From Thermodesulfobacteriota bacterium (GTDB lineage Bacteria; Desulfobacterota_D; UBA1144): a stretch of DNA of 64,000 bases. This document shows positions 30,190-41,119 of the stretch, piece after piece. Below the pieces are notes generated by a model, which did not search any database, was not told the DNA's origin, and was given only the letters and a program-made list of their open reading frames with translations. The position numbers were made by a program, and so were the translations under genes. The DNA lies in assembly GCA_036340075.1 (NCBI GenBank), contig JAYYZJ010000005.1:32001-96000 (forward strand), read 5' to 3'. Position 1 is the stretch's first letter. The number at the start of each line of letters is the position of its first letter.

Positions 30190-31215
30190 ATGGATTTAAA
30201 ACTTTTAAAAGAACTTTGTGATTGTCCTGGTGTACCTGGTTGTGAAAATCTTGTAAGCGAAATAGTTCAAAGAGAATTAAAGAATTATTCTGAAGAGATA
30301 ACAACAGACCCTATGGGTAATGTAATTTTTAAAATCACAGACAATAATGGTCCCAGAATTCTTGTTGACGCACATATGGATGAAGTAGGATTTATTGTTT
30401 CGCATATAGAAGAGAATGGAATAATCAGAGTAATACCTTTAGGTGGTATTGACCCAAAACTTTTTTATGGTCAGAGGCTTACTATATGGGGTAAAGATGA
30501 AATAGATGTAACTGTTGGTGCAATCCCACCCCACATAAGGAAAGATACCGATAGTGCTCCAGAAATTGATGATTGCATTATAGATTCTGGAATTGAATAT
30601 AAAAAATTAAAAAAACTAGTCAAAGTTGGTGATCCAGTAACTTTCTCTACTAAATGTTTAGTTGATAATGGGAGAGTCTTATCAAAAGCTTTAGATGATA
30701 GAGTTGGTCTTTTTGTAGCAATTGAAGCTATTAAAAGCATTAAGAAAAAAAATCTTAAATGTCAGCTTACTGTATCTGCCTCAGTCCAAGAAGAAATGGG
30801 TTTGAGAGGAGCAAGAATCATTAATTCAAGAGTAAAACCAGATTTTTCTATTGCTCTAGAAGGAACAGTTTCAAATGACTTACCAGGAGTTCCAAAACAT
30901 AAATCGTTAGCTCATATAGGTGCTGGTCCAGAAATTCGTATATCTGATAAATACCTAATAGCTGATAGAGATTTTAATACTTTTATAGAAAATTTAGCAA
31001 CTTCTAATAAAATTGATTATCAATTGACGGCAAAAAATGCTGGTGGAACAAATTCTACAGCTTTTCAAGTTACTGGAGAAGGGTCAAAGGCAACTGTTTT
31101 GTCAGTACCAGTAAGATATCTACATAGTCCTAGCTCAGTAGCAACCTTGAACGATATAGAACTAACAATAAAGCTACTCACTAAGATTATTTTAAATATT
31201 CATAAATTTAACTAA
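30190..31215 (+). CDS. M42 family metallo-aminopeptidase
   Basis: AHMDEVG, KALDDRVG, QEEMGLRGA, RYLHS. Confidence 0.92.
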   Translation: MDLKLLKELCDCPGVPGCENLVSEIVQRELKNYSEEITTDPMGNVIFKITDNNGPRILVDAHMDEVGFIVSHIEENGIIRVIPLGGIDPKLFYGQRLTIWGKDEIDVTVGAIPPHIRKDTDSAPEIDDCIIDSGIEYKKLKKLVKVGDPVTFSTKCLVDNGRVLSKALDDRVGLFVAIEAIKSIKKKNLKCQLTVSASVQEEMGLRGARIINSRVKPDFSIALEGTVSNDLPGVPKHKSLAHIGAGPEIRISDKYLIADRDFNTFIENLATSNKIDYQLTAKNAGGTNSTAFQVTGEGSKATVLSVPVRYLHSPSSVATLNDIELTIKLLTKIILNIHKFN

Positions 31216-31541
31216 TGAAAGAAAATATAATATTAGAAATCTTCAATAGAGCATTTAAAGATGCTACCTCTTTGTCAATCAATCTCCTAGAAGATAGAAT
31301 GATTAAATTAAAGATTGATAATCAAGATTTGGCCTTAATTGAGACTTTATCAAATGAAGAATTAGATGAAATGGCCGGTAAAATAAGGGAAGAGAACATG
31401 GAACTTCTTGAGACTTTATCTAGCAGTAAAGAGAATAAGGATGATATTGAATCTCAGATTTTAGATAATTTTTTTGTTGAAATAGTTAGCACTATAGATC
31501 GAGTTTACAATCTAATAATCAGCAAGCAGCTTGGTGGATGA
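31215..31541 (+). CDS. Hypothetical acidic helical protein
   Basis: 108-aa ORF translationally coupled (TAATG) to the M42 gene; no recognisable motif. Confidence 0.7.
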   Translation: MKENIILEIFNRAFKDATSLSINLLEDRMIKLKIDNQDLALIETLSNEELDEMAGKIREENMELLETLSSSKENKDDIESQILDNFFVEIVSTIDRVYNLIISKQLGG

Positions 31542-31610
31542 AGCTCCTATTCGTTCAGCTTGAATACTTTGCAAATAGTCAATAATCTGTTAAAAATATA
31601 GTGCTGGGTC

Positions 31611-31973
31611 ATGATGGAATACAGTTTTTTTCTTATAATCTTTGTAGCTATTATTAGCATTCCCCTTCTGATGATTTTTACATCCAAAGTGATTAAATTC
31701 ATACTGGGAAGAAACACAAATCCCTTAGATACAATATATGAGTGTGGAGAGCCAAGCATAGAAACATCCTGGAAACAAATACCAATTTCTTATTTTAAAA
31801 TTGCATTAATCTTTATACTTTTTGATATTGAATTAGTCTTCGTCTTTCCATGGATATTGAGCTTAGACGACCCAACTAAACTATCATATTTTTCTTTCAT
31901 AACTTTTATAATAATACTATTTATAGGCTGGATTTATGCATATAAAAAGGGTTATTTAAAATGGGAAATGTAA
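31611..31973 (+). CDS. nuoA: Complex I subunit A
   Basis: [25 protein letters not shown]. Confidence 0.93.
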   Translation: MMEYSFFLIIFVAIISIPLLMIFTSKVIKFILGRNTNPLDTIYECGEPSIETSWKQIPISYFKIALIFILFDIELVFVFPWILSLDDPTKLSYFSFITFIIILFIGWIYAYKKGYLKWEM

Positions 31974-32950
31974 AAAAATCATTAGAAGATATAGGAACTT
32001 TTACCAAACTACCTGGTGCTAATTTATTTATAACCAGTACAAAAAAATTGTTTAATTGGGCACAAAAATCTAGCTTATGGCCTTTATCATTTGGCCTTGC
32101 GTGTTGTGCAATAGAAATGATGGCAACGTTCTCATCTAGATATGATTTAGATAGACTAGGAATGATAACTAGAGCTTCTCCGAGACAAGCTGATTTAATG
32201 ATAATTGCTGGAACAGTTACAGTTAAAATGTCCGACAGAATTAAAACACTTTATGATCAGATGGCTTCTCCAAAATGGGTAATCGCTGCAGGAAGCTGTG
32301 CAATATCTGGAGATCATTACAGACATATTTATAGTGTAGTTCCTGGAGTTGACTGGGTCATCCCTGTAGATGTTTATGTCCCAGGTTGTCCTCCTACTCC
32401 CGAAGCTTTTATTGAAGGAATAATGGAACTGCAAAATATAATTTCCACTGGTAAAGCTTCTCCTACTAAAAATGTTCCTTGTATAAAAAATGAAATTAAA
32501 ATTGAAGAAAAGAAAGTTAAAAAACAAAAGAACCTCATTTCAAATAATTTTATCAAGAAAGAAGAGATATTAAATTATGCAACTACTTATAAAAACAAAG
32601 GTTTTGAGTATCTTAAATTCATTACGGCTACAGATTTCGAAGATGGTTTAATTCTTACATATGTTATATCGAATATTAAATTAAACGAAGATTTAGAATT
32701 TAATATAATTCTAGAAGACGCCTGTGAAGTTCCGTCATTAGCACAGATATTTTCTGGAGCGAATTGGCAAGAAAGAGAAATATATGATTTATTCGGTATA
32801 AATTTTATTAACCATCCAAATATGAAAAGAATTATGATGCCAGATGACTGGGAAGGATATCCCTTAAGAAAGGAATATTCAATGAACACACACAAGCTAC
32901 CATATAGACCTACCAAAGAGGAGTACGAATCTTGGAAGACAAAATTATAG
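31961..32950 (+). CDS. nuoBC: Fused complex I subunit B-C
   Basis: NuoB motifs ([17 protein letters not shown]), a Lys-rich linker, then NuoC motifs ([17 protein letters not shown]). Confidence 0.92.
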   Translation: MGNVKKSLEDIGTFTKLPGANLFITSTKKLFNWAQKSSLWPLSFGLACCAIEMMATFSSRYDLDRLGMITRASPRQADLMIIAGTVTVKMSDRIKTLYDQMASPKWVIAAGSCAISGDHYRHIYSVVPGVDWVIPVDVYVPGCPPTPEAFIEGIMELQNIISTGKASPTKNVPCIKNEIKIEEKKVKKQKNLISNNFIKKEEILNYATTYKNKGFEYLKFITATDFEDGLILTYVISNIKLNEDLEFNIILEDACEVPSLAQIFSGANWQEREIYDLFGINFINHPNMKRIMMPDDWEGYPLRKEYSMNTHKLPYRPTKEEYESWKTKL

Positions 32951-34074
32951 AACAGGATTTTGGAGACCTCGCTATCAATATGGGTCCTCAACACCCTTCT
33001 ACTCACGGAGTTTTTAGACTAAAACTTCATTTGCAAGGGGAAAGAATTAATAAAGTTGAATCTTACCTTGGCTATCTTCACAGAGGCGTTGAGAAGCTAA
33101 CAGAAGTTCTAGATTACGATATGATTCCTCCAGTGCTTGAAAGAGATGATTATTTGTCCCCTACTTCTAATTCATTAGGATTTGTAAACATTGTTGAAAA
33201 AATGTGTTCAATTGAAGTTCCACGAAGGGCTTCTTACATTAGGGTACTTGGCGCTGAACTCCAAAGAATCAGCTCTCATTTAGTTGCACTCGGAACCTAT
33301 GGACTAGACTTAGGCGGAGCATTAGGTGGTGGCGCGAGTCTTTTTCTATATTGCTTTAGAGAAAGAGAAAAAATACTAGATATAATGGAAGAACTTACTG
33401 GAACTCGTTTTCATACTAATTTGAATCAAATTGGTGGTGTTAGATATGATGTAAAACCTGAATTGGTAGACAAAATTCACGATTTAATTTCGTACTTACG
33501 ACCTTTATTACTTGAATATAGCAATATGTTTTCTAAAGATGAAATAATTATTAAGAGAACTAGAAATATTGGTGTAATCTCCCAAAAACTAGCAAAAGAA
33601 AATGGTTGTTCTGGTCCAGTAGCACGTGCATCAGGAATTAATTTTGATATAAGAAAGAATAAACCATATGAGTGCTACAACGAATTTGATTTCGACATAC
33701 CACTTGGTGAAACAGGAGACGCCTACGATAGAACATTAGTAAGAATCAAAGAAAATATCGAATCCCTTAAAATTGTTGAACAGATAATTGAAGGTATACC
33801 TACAGGTGATTTATGCTCTAGAAAACCTCTTAAAAGTGCAAAACTAATAAAACCACCAAAAGGTTCTTTTTATTCTTCTGTTGAGTCTCCAAGAGGAGAA
33901 TTAGGCTTCTTTGTTGTTTCAGATGGAACTTCGATCCCCTACAGAATGAAAATTAGAGCACCATCTTTTTCGAATTTGTCTGTAATAGAAAAAATATTGC
34001 CAGGAAATTATGTTGCTGACTCCGTTGCGATTTTAGGGTCACTCGATCCTGTCTTTGGAGATGTTGATAGATAA
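32932..34074 (+). CDS. nuoD: Complex I subunit D
   Basis: [31 protein letters not shown]; no hydrogenase CxxC motifs. Confidence 0.94.
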   Translation: MEDKIIEQDFGDLAINMGPQHPSTHGVFRLKLHLQGERINKVESYLGYLHRGVEKLTEVLDYDMIPPVLERDDYLSPTSNSLGFVNIVEKMCSIEVPRRASYIRVLGAELQRISSHLVALGTYGLDLGGALGGGASLFLYCFREREKILDIMEELTGTRFHTNLNQIGGVRYDVKPELVDKIHDLISYLRPLLLEYSNMFSKDEIIIKRTRNIGVISQKLAKENGCSGPVARASGINFDIRKNKPYECYNEFDFDIPLGETGDAYDRTLVRIKENIESLKIVEQIIEGIPTGDLCSRKPLKSAKLIKPPKGSFYSSVESPRGELGFFVVSDGTSIPYRMKIRAPSFSNLSVIEKILPGNYVADSVAILGSLDPVFGDVDR

Positions 34075-35045
34075 TGTTTAAAGAATTTTTACAATTTAGT
34101 TTCCCAATATTTATGTCTATTTCTACATTAATTTTGATCGTAGCTTATTTAGTTTGGCTAGAGAGAAAAGTTGCAGCACGAATTCAATCAAGGATAGGAC
34201 CTTATCTTGTTGGTAAACCTCATGGTTGGCTCCAGCCTTTGGCTGATGCTTTAAAGCTAATGATAAAAGATGATTCGATTCCTAAAAATTCCGATTCGTT
34301 ATTATTTAATTTTGGTCCTATTTGGGTAATGGTTGTCAGTCTGGGCTCCTTTGCATTATTACCCTTTTATTTTGATAATCCAATGATTAATGCTGATTTG
34401 AGCTTAATGCTATTTATTGCAATTAGCTCACTAATAATTGTTGGCATCTTTGTCTCCGGCTGGTCTTCAAATAATAAATATGCATTAATCTCTGTTATAA
34501 GGACAACGGCCCAAATTATTTCTTATGAAATACCATTAGTTATATCATTACTAATCCCATGCATATTAATTGGTAGCTTAAGTTTTTCCGATATTATTAA
34601 TTCACAAGAAAAACTGTGGACTATCTTTTATCCATTTATTGGACAAATTAGTTTTGTTATTTTTTTTGTTTCAGCTCTTGCAGAAGGAAACAGAATACCT
34701 TTTGATTTATCAGAGGCAGAATCAGAGCTTGTCTCTGGATATACAACAGAATACTCTGGAATCAAATTCGCAATTTTCTACTTAGCTGAGTACGCCCATC
34801 TCTTTGGAATATCTGTACTTGGATCTATAGTTTTTTTTGGTGGACCTAACGGACCATTTATAAGTTCTAACATGTTAATAGTCTTAAAAGCTCTTCTCTT
34901 TTTTACATTAATTTTATTTATAAGATGGAGTTTTTTTAGAATTAGAATCGATCAACTGCTTAGATTTAATTGGATAAAGCTTATCCCAATTTCTTTTCTA
35001 GCATTGTTGGCTACATGTTTTATTAAATATTTTGGTGATTTTTAG
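34074..35045 (+). CDS. nuoH: Complex I subunit H
   Basis: ERKVAARIQ.R.GP, QPLADALK, PFDLSEAESELVSG. Confidence 0.95.
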   Translation: MFKEFLQFSFPIFMSISTLILIVAYLVWLERKVAARIQSRIGPYLVGKPHGWLQPLADALKLMIKDDSIPKNSDSLLFNFGPIWVMVVSLGSFALLPFYFDNPMINADLSLMLFIAISSLIIVGIFVSGWSSNNKYALISVIRTTAQIISYEIPLVISLLIPCILIGSLSFSDIINSQEKLWTIFYPFIGQISFVIFFVSALAEGNRIPFDLSEAESELVSGYTTEYSGIKFAIFYLAEYAHLFGISVLGSIVFFGGPNGPFISSNMLIVLKALLFFTLILFIRWSFFRIRIDQLLRFNWIKLIPISFLALLATCFIKYFGDF

Positions 35046-35544
35046 TACGATGAATATAATAAAGTTAACTAAAAACATTTTTAGAAATTTAAGTTTTACT
35101 CTCAAAAATATACCTAAAAAAAGTATAACGATTAATTATCCACTAGAGAAAAGAGATATGCCTGAGCGATTACGGCTAGGAACATTTGGACTAACTTCTA
35201 ATAAAGAAACAGGAGAAGAAAATTGTATCGCATGTAAACTCTGCGAAAGAATATGTCCATCTCAAATAATCGAAATCGAAATTGAAAAAAGAGATGGAAG
35301 AGGATGGCCAAAGGTATTCAATCTAGACTTGCAAAGCTGTATACAGTGTGAACTATGTGTGCAAATTTGCCCTGTTGATGCAATAATAATGATGAAAACA
35401 CCTGAAAAGCCAGTGAAATTAAGATCAGATTTATACTTAACAAAAGAAAAAATGATGAAAAATGCATCTGAATTAGAAGAATCATGGGCTAAAGGAAGCA
35501 TATTGCAAAATTCACATAAACCTTCTATGGGTGAACAAAAATGA
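35032..35544 (+). CDS. nuoI: Complex I subunit I (2x[4Fe-4S])
   Basis: CIACKLCERICP and CIQCELCVQICP; true start may be ATG 35050. Confidence 0.93.
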   Translation: MVIFSTMNIIKLTKNIFRNLSFTLKNIPKKSITINYPLEKRDMPERLRLGTFGLTSNKETGEENCIACKLCERICPSQIIEIEIEKRDGRGWPKVFNLDLQSCIQCELCVQICPVDAIIMMKTPEKPVKLRSDLYLTKEKMMKNASELEESWAKGSILQNSHKPSMGEQK

Positions 35545-36050
35545 TTAATACAATAGTTGTAATATTTTGCATTCTCTCTATTCTTGCAGCTTTTGCAACA
35601 TCGATGAGCTCGAAAATTATTAGGTCAGCATTCTTTTTCGGTGTCACATTATTTCTAATAGCCTTTATTTTTATATTGATTGGCTCTGCACTTCTCGGAA
35701 CTGTGCAAATACTTCTTTACACAGGTGGAACTTTAATTTTATTTCTTTTTGCTATCATATTGACTGGGAATTGGGATTATAAAAATCTTGGAGAAACTTT
35801 CAACCGTCCAATCAGAGCTCTTTTTGTTTCTTTCATATTCTTTATTGGTGTTGCAACTTTAATCTCTGAATCAGAAATATTTATTCAACTAGAAAAGAAT
35901 TTTAATGAATCAAATACTTTCTCATCTAAAGAAATAAGTAAATCACTATTTAACGATTGGTTCCTGTTGTTAGAGATTGCATCAATTCTTTTATTAGGCA
36001 CTATCGTTGGATGCCTTACATTATTAAAATTTAGGAAGGAAATCAAATAA
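35541..36050 (+). CDS. nuoJ: Complex I subunit J
   Basis: QILLYTGG, LEIASILLL. Confidence 0.9.
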   Translation: MINTIVVIFCILSILAAFATSMSSKIIRSAFFFGVTLFLIAFIFILIGSALLGTVQILLYTGGTLILFLFAIILTGNWDYKNLGETFNRPIRALFVSFIFFIGVATLISESEIFIQLEKNFNESNTFSSKEISKSLFNDWFLLLEIASILLLGTIVGCLTLLKFRKEIK

Positions 36051-36051
36051 T

Positions 36052-36351
36052 ATGTTTATGTTGCTTGTTTATACTTCACTTGTAATAAGCTCTATAGGTA
36101 TCTTTATGTTGCTAAGCAAGAAACATATTTTATCACTTCTTATTGGAATCGAATTATTTTTAAACGGAATTAATCTTTTATTCATTACAATATCCAAAGC
36201 ACATGCCAATGAGCTTGCTAATATATTTATTCTATTTGTTTTAGTAATTACAGCATGCGAAGTTGCGATAGGATTGGCAATTTTTCTTATTAATCAGAGA
36301 ACTAATAATACTATAGATATTGATGATCTTAATAGATTGAAGGACATTTAG
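36052..36351 (+). CDS. nuoK: Complex I subunit K
   Basis: IELFLNG, ACEVAIGLA. Confidence 0.93.
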   Translation: MFMLLVYTSLVISSIGIFMLLSKKHILSLLIGIELFLNGINLLFITISKAHANELANIFILFVLVITACEVAIGLAIFLINQRTNNTIDIDDLNRLKDI

Positions 36352-36353
36352 GG

Positions 36354-38216
36354 ATGAATTTTGTAAATTTAATTATTTTTTTATCAATTTTACCTATAGT
36401 TTCAGTATTTTCGAATAATTTGCTAAAAGGTCCAAAGCAATTAAATTGGATTCTTCCAGCTATGGTTTATTCGTCGATTTTAATATTGATGATTCCTATT
36501 TATTCTTTTAATGTCTTATCTGACATTAATGGAGTTTCTAGTTTTAATTTTATAGAAATAAAGAACTTCTGGTTCCTCCCAATTACGTTTCATCTTGGCA
36601 TAAAAACTTATACTTTAATCTCATTAGTTGTTTTAGGTATATCTATTCTAATATTGATTTTTTCATCAAAATTTATTGAAAATGAATCTTATTCAAGATA
36701 CAACAAGTATTTTTTGTTTCTTACAATTTTTATTACATCAATGTTTTTATTTGTTATATCTAATGACTTACTAGGAAGTTTTATTTTCTGGGAATTTCTT
36801 GGTTTAGCATCATATTTTCTTATAGGGTTTTGGAATAAAGATAATGAAGCTATAAAATCTTCAACAATTGCTTTCTGGATAACTAGAGTTGGCGACTTGT
36901 TTTTCTTATCTGGAATAATAATTATTTCTTCCAAATTTGGAACTCTTAATTATATTCTATTTGAAACTACATCTTCTCTTTCAAATTCCACTTTTATATC
37001 CACAGGAATTGTATTTATTATTATTGCAGTTTTAACTAAATCTGCTCAATTCCCTTTTAATATATGGCTACCAAAAGCTATGAAAGGTCCAACACCAGTA
37101 TCTGCATTAATTCATTCCGCTACAATGGTCGTAGCAGGAGTAATTCTCTTGGGGAAAATAGACTCTTCATTTCTTACTGTTTCACCTTTGGTTGGGAATT
37201 CTCTTGAAATCTTATTTTATATAGGCCTAATATCAACCTTTGTTGGTTCTATTATGGCTTACAGTGAAACCGACATAAAGAAGATACTTGCTTATTCAAC
37301 TATTTCTCATATTGGATTAATGTATGTTGCTGTTGGCTTAGGTCAGGGGACCTTTGCAGAATATCATTTATTTTCTCATAGTTTCTTCAAGTCAATGCTA
37401 TTTCTACTGGCTGGTGTTGTAATTGCAACACTAGGTCATTCGGATTTAGAACAATTAAAAGGAACCGTTAAAAAAACCTCTCTAATTGGAATAATCTTAC
37501 TTATAGGGTGCCTATCTCTATCTTCAGTTTATTTATTCACTGGGTCAGAATCAAAAGAAGCTATTTTGTCAATTGTAATAGAAGAAGGTAGATATATAGA
37601 GCTAGGAATCTTAATAATAAGCGTTTTCTTCACCGCATTATATTCATCAAGACTTTATTTTAATCTAACTGATATAAAATTTAAAAATTCGACTAACTAC
37701 AAACTGCAGAATATTAGTTGGCGCTATTATATACCTCTTTTATTCTTGGCTTTCTTCTCAGCCTTTGGTCCAATCACAAAAAGAATATTCTTTGATTCAA
37801 CTGGGATCAGTTTAGATAGTTTTAATTTAAACCTTCTTTATGTAATACCAATACAATTAATCATAATAACAGCAATAATTATCAACTATTTTTACGAAAA
37901 GAATATTCAAGATATGTCGTTGAATCTAAAGAAATTTGCAAAGAGAATATTTGATTCAGAACCAGTTTACATTGAAATATATAATAAATGTTTTAAAGAA
38001 CTTTCTATATATATCGCTTGGTTTGATAGAAATATAATCGATGGATTAATAAATGTAATACCAATCAAAATACTTAGTACTTCAAAATTTTTAATGAGTA
38101 TGCAAGATGGAATAGCAAGAAAATATGCAATAAGAGTTGTTCTTTTCTTTGTTCTACTCGCCTTGTTTGGTGCAGTATTTGTTAATATTTCAAATGCAGG
38201 AGTATTAGTATTATGA
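36354..38216 (+). CDS. nuoL: Complex I antiporter-like subunit L
   Basis: WEFLGLASY.LIGFW, KSAQFP, PTPVSALIHSATMV, HSFFKS, FDRNIIDG. Confidence 0.93.
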   Translation: MNFVNLIIFLSILPIVSVFSNNLLKGPKQLNWILPAMVYSSILILMIPIYSFNVLSDINGVSSFNFIEIKNFWFLPITFHLGIKTYTLISLVVLGISILILIFSSKFIENESYSRYNKYFLFLTIFITSMFLFVISNDLLGSFIFWEFLGLASYFLIGFWNKDNEAIKSSTIAFWITRVGDLFFLSGIIIISSKFGTLNYILFETTSSLSNSTFISTGIVFIIIAVLTKSAQFPFNIWLPKAMKGPTPVSALIHSATMVVAGVILLGKIDSSFLTVSPLVGNSLEILFYIGLISTFVGSIMAYSETDIKKILAYSTISHIGLMYVAVGLGQGTFAEYHLFSHSFFKSMLFLLAGVVIATLGHSDLEQLKGTVKKTSLIGIILLIGCLSLSSVYLFTGSESKEAILSIVIEEGRYIELGILIISVFFTALYSSRLYFNLTDIKFKNSTNYKLQNISWRYYIPLLFLAFFSAFGPITKRIFFDSTGISLDSFNLNLLYVIPIQLIIITAIIINYFYEKNIQDMSLNLKKFAKRIFDSEPVYIEIYNKCFKELSIYIAWFDRNIIDGLINVIPIKILSTSKFLMSMQDGIARKYAIRVVLFFVLLALFGAVFVNISNAGVLVL

Positions 38217-39736
38217 CCTACTTATTGTCGATATTAATACTACCAATTCTTGGATCTATCATAGTAAATATTTATAGATCTAAAATAACAATAGTAAGAT
38301 ATGTACCTATTCTATGTTCTGTAATTTCGCTGTTAATTATTTCTTTGTTTACATATCTACAATATTTTTCTAGTTCTCAAGTGTTTAACCCTCAAATAAT
38401 GCTTTATCAACTTTTTCCGACTTTAGGAATTTCGATGAGCTTCATTACTAATAAAATATCAATTGCATTATTGTTTTTAGCTAACATAACAATAATAACT
38501 GCCCTTTACTCCACTTTAAAAACAGAAAAAAGATTAAATGAAATTAATACTCTTATATTGCTAATATCAGTTGGAATATATGGATTAATTTTGGCTGATG
38601 ATCTATTTGTTTTTTTTCTTTTTTATGAGATAGCAGTAGTTCCAATGTTCTTAATGATTATGAACTGGGGATACAACTTAGATAGGGAAGTGTCCGGACC
38701 TTTTTCTAAAATATTAAACTACTTATCTGTTGGAACTAAAAATTATGGTGCTTATAAAATTACTCTTTATCTACTATTTGGCTCTCTCCTAATATTCTTT
38801 GGGGTTGCCATAATAGGAATTCAAGGGGGGACTTTTTCTATTAGTGCTCTAAGTTCTAGTAATGAAATTTCTTCAACTAAAAATATATTGGCTTTTTTCC
38901 TTTTACTTGTTGGCTTTGGCTCTCATTCAGCGCTTTGGCCATTTCATACTTGGGTCCCAGATGGACATGGAACAGCACCAACTGCGGGTTCGATAATATT
39001 TGCTGGGATATTAATGAAAATAGGAGTTATTGGTTTTATTAAAGTTATAATTCCTATTCTTGGATTAGAATTTGTTCAATATAAAACTTTATTAATAATT
39101 TTGGCTTCTATTAATATTATTTATGGTGCATTTACAGCAATGATGCAAGATGACTTAAAATATTTAGCTGCTTATGCATCTTTGTCACATATTGGGTACA
39201 TTTTTCTTGCACTTGCTATGTATTCACATATAGGAATGATTGGTGCTATCACCCAAACAATTTCTCATGGATTAATTATATGTTTGCTTTTTTATTCAGT
39301 TGGACTCATACACAAGATTAAAAATACAAGGTCTATTAGCCAATTAAGCTCTATGCTTGATAATTCACCTAATTTAGCTTATGTATTTATCTTTGCTGCA
39401 TTTGCAAGTATTGGTTTTCCACTAACAAGCGGCTTTATAGCTGAGTTTTTAATTATGTTGAGCGTATATTTGTCCGAACAATATCTATTATTATTTGTCC
39501 CAATATTTGGAATACTTATAACCACTCTTTATATGTTTAGAACCGTAAAAAAGATATGTTTTAGATTTATATCTTCGGATAATACAAATAAAGACTTAGA
39601 TGTGGAAGACAAAACTATAGTTTATTTACTAATAATCTTAATATGTTTAATAGGAATCTTTCCTAGTTTTTTAACTGAGTTTATCAATATTGATTCGTAT
39701 TACATATTAAATGAGGCGGGTTCATGGAAAAATTAA
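38213..39736 (+). CDS. nuoM: Complex I antiporter-like subunit M
   Basis: FYE...PM, PFHTW.PDGH..APT, LMKIG, GFIAEF. Confidence 0.92.
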   Translation: MTYLLSILILPILGSIIVNIYRSKITIVRYVPILCSVISLLIISLFTYLQYFSSSQVFNPQIMLYQLFPTLGISMSFITNKISIALLFLANITIITALYSTLKTEKRLNEINTLILLISVGIYGLILADDLFVFFLFYEIAVVPMFLMIMNWGYNLDREVSGPFSKILNYLSVGTKNYGAYKITLYLLFGSLLIFFGVAIIGIQGGTFSISALSSSNEISSTKNILAFFLLLVGFGSHSALWPFHTWVPDGHGTAPTAGSIIFAGILMKIGVIGFIKVIIPILGLEFVQYKTLLIILASINIIYGAFTAMMQDDLKYLAAYASLSHIGYIFLALAMYSHIGMIGAITQTISHGLIICLLFYSVGLIHKIKNTRSISQLSSMLDNSPNLAYVFIFAAFASIGFPLTSGFIAEFLIMLSVYLSEQYLLLFVPIFGILITTLYMFRTVKKICFRFISSDNTNKDLDVEDKTIVYLLIILICLIGIFPSFLTEFINIDSYYILNEAGSWKN

Positions 39737-41118
39737 TTTTTTTACTCCCTGAAATAACTCTCATAATTCTCTCTATTGCTTTACTAGCTAATTCAATAAT
39801 CGATTTAGGTCATAAGAGATTTCTTAACAAATCTATGCTATTTATAGGAACAAGTATTTCCATTATATTTTTAATTAACCAAATTCCAGATGGACTTCAT
39901 TTAAACGCTACTCTAGAAAACAACCAATATACAAAAATAATTAAAATAATTTTAGTATTAGCTTCAATGTTTTCCCTATTAATTGTTTCGAATTCAAAAA
40001 CTGATGAATTAAAAAAATACTTCAACGAGTATTGCTTCCTTATCATTCTTTCTTTGGTTGGAGCAATGCTAGTTGTATCATCTAGAGAATTTTTTACACT
40101 AATTATTTCTTTTGAATTATTAAGCATACCTCTTTATTTAATTTCAGGAATGGGGACAAATTCAAAAAAATCCATAGAAGCAGCTACAAAATTTTTCTTC
40201 TTTGGATCTTTATCAACTGTATGTCTGATTTTTTCTGCAGTTCTATTTTATGCAATTGCAGGAACTACTAGTTTTGTGGATATTGATTGGGGATCTAATG
40301 ATTTTATTTTGGTAACTGCTTCAATCTTTCTTCTTATTGCAGTTAGCTTTAAATGTGCATTGTACCCTTTTCAATTTTGGGTATCTGATGTTTACGAATC
40401 TGCACCAATGAATATGCTTCCGTTTTTAAGTACCATCCCAAAGATATCTATTATAGGTTTTTTAATTTTTTTCTTTAATGCTCTAACTAGTAATTCATTG
40501 AATCATCATATTTTAATAATTATCGCCATAATAAGTATTGGATCAATTCTTGTTGGCTCTTTATTGGCCATAAAACAAAATAATTTATTAAGACTTCTTG
40601 CATATTCTGGCATACCTCACGCTGGAATGATGCTTATAGGAATAATGTCGACAAATAACATCTCAGGAGATATTTTAATTTTATATTTTACATTTTATAC
40701 GGTTGCCAATGTAGGATTGTATGTATGTATAAATTCGTTACCTAATTCTGAAGAATATTTAGATATAGACAATCTAAGTGGTTTGTACAAAAATAACACT
40801 TTTTTAGCAATCTGTATTTCTTGTTTTATGTTATCTCTAGCAGGGGCTCCTCTTTTTGCTGGATTTTGGGCAAAATTTAATATAATTTTAATCAGTTATA
40901 AATCATTCGGATTAATTCTTCCTGCTTTTATATTGATTGGAACTTTAATATCTTTTTATTATTATCTAAAAGTAATAAAAATTATTTTCTCTGAAAGACA
41001 ATTAGATCAAAAGGAAAATATTAACTTTTCATTTATCAACAAAGCAATAATAATTGTATGTGCAATTGTAACTATTATTTTAGGAGTTTATCCAAATATT
41101 TTGCAAAATATTATTTGA
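39724..41118 (+). CDS. nuoN: Complex I antiporter-like subunit N
   Basis: FELLSIPLY, FK...PF.FW..DVY, RLLAYS, GFWAKF. Confidence 0.93.
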   Translation: MEKLIFLLPEITLIILSIALLANSIIDLGHKRFLNKSMLFIGTSISIIFLINQIPDGLHLNATLENNQYTKIIKIILVLASMFSLLIVSNSKTDELKKYFNEYCFLIILSLVGAMLVVSSREFFTLIISFELLSIPLYLISGMGTNSKKSIEAATKFFFFGSLSTVCLIFSAVLFYAIAGTTSFVDIDWGSNDFILVTASIFLLIAVSFKCALYPFQFWVSDVYESAPMNMLPFLSTIPKISIIGFLIFFFNALTSNSLNHHILIIIAIISIGSILVGSLLAIKQNNLLRLLAYSGIPHAGMMLIGIMSTNNISGDILILYFTFYTVANVGLYVCINSLPNSEEYLDIDNLSGLYKNNTFLAICISCFMLSLAGAPLFAGFWAKFNIILISYKSFGLILPAFILIGTLISFYYYLKVIKIIFSERQLDQKENINFSFINKAIIIVCAIVTIILGVYPNILQNII

Positions 41119-41119
41119 A

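Noticed and set aside
31961..34074. nuo cluster as a group 4 [NiFe] hydrogenase
   Set aside because: The large subunit lacks both Ni-binding CxxC motifs and has quinone-site features (HPSTHG, Tyr of RxDY); nuoA, J and K are present.
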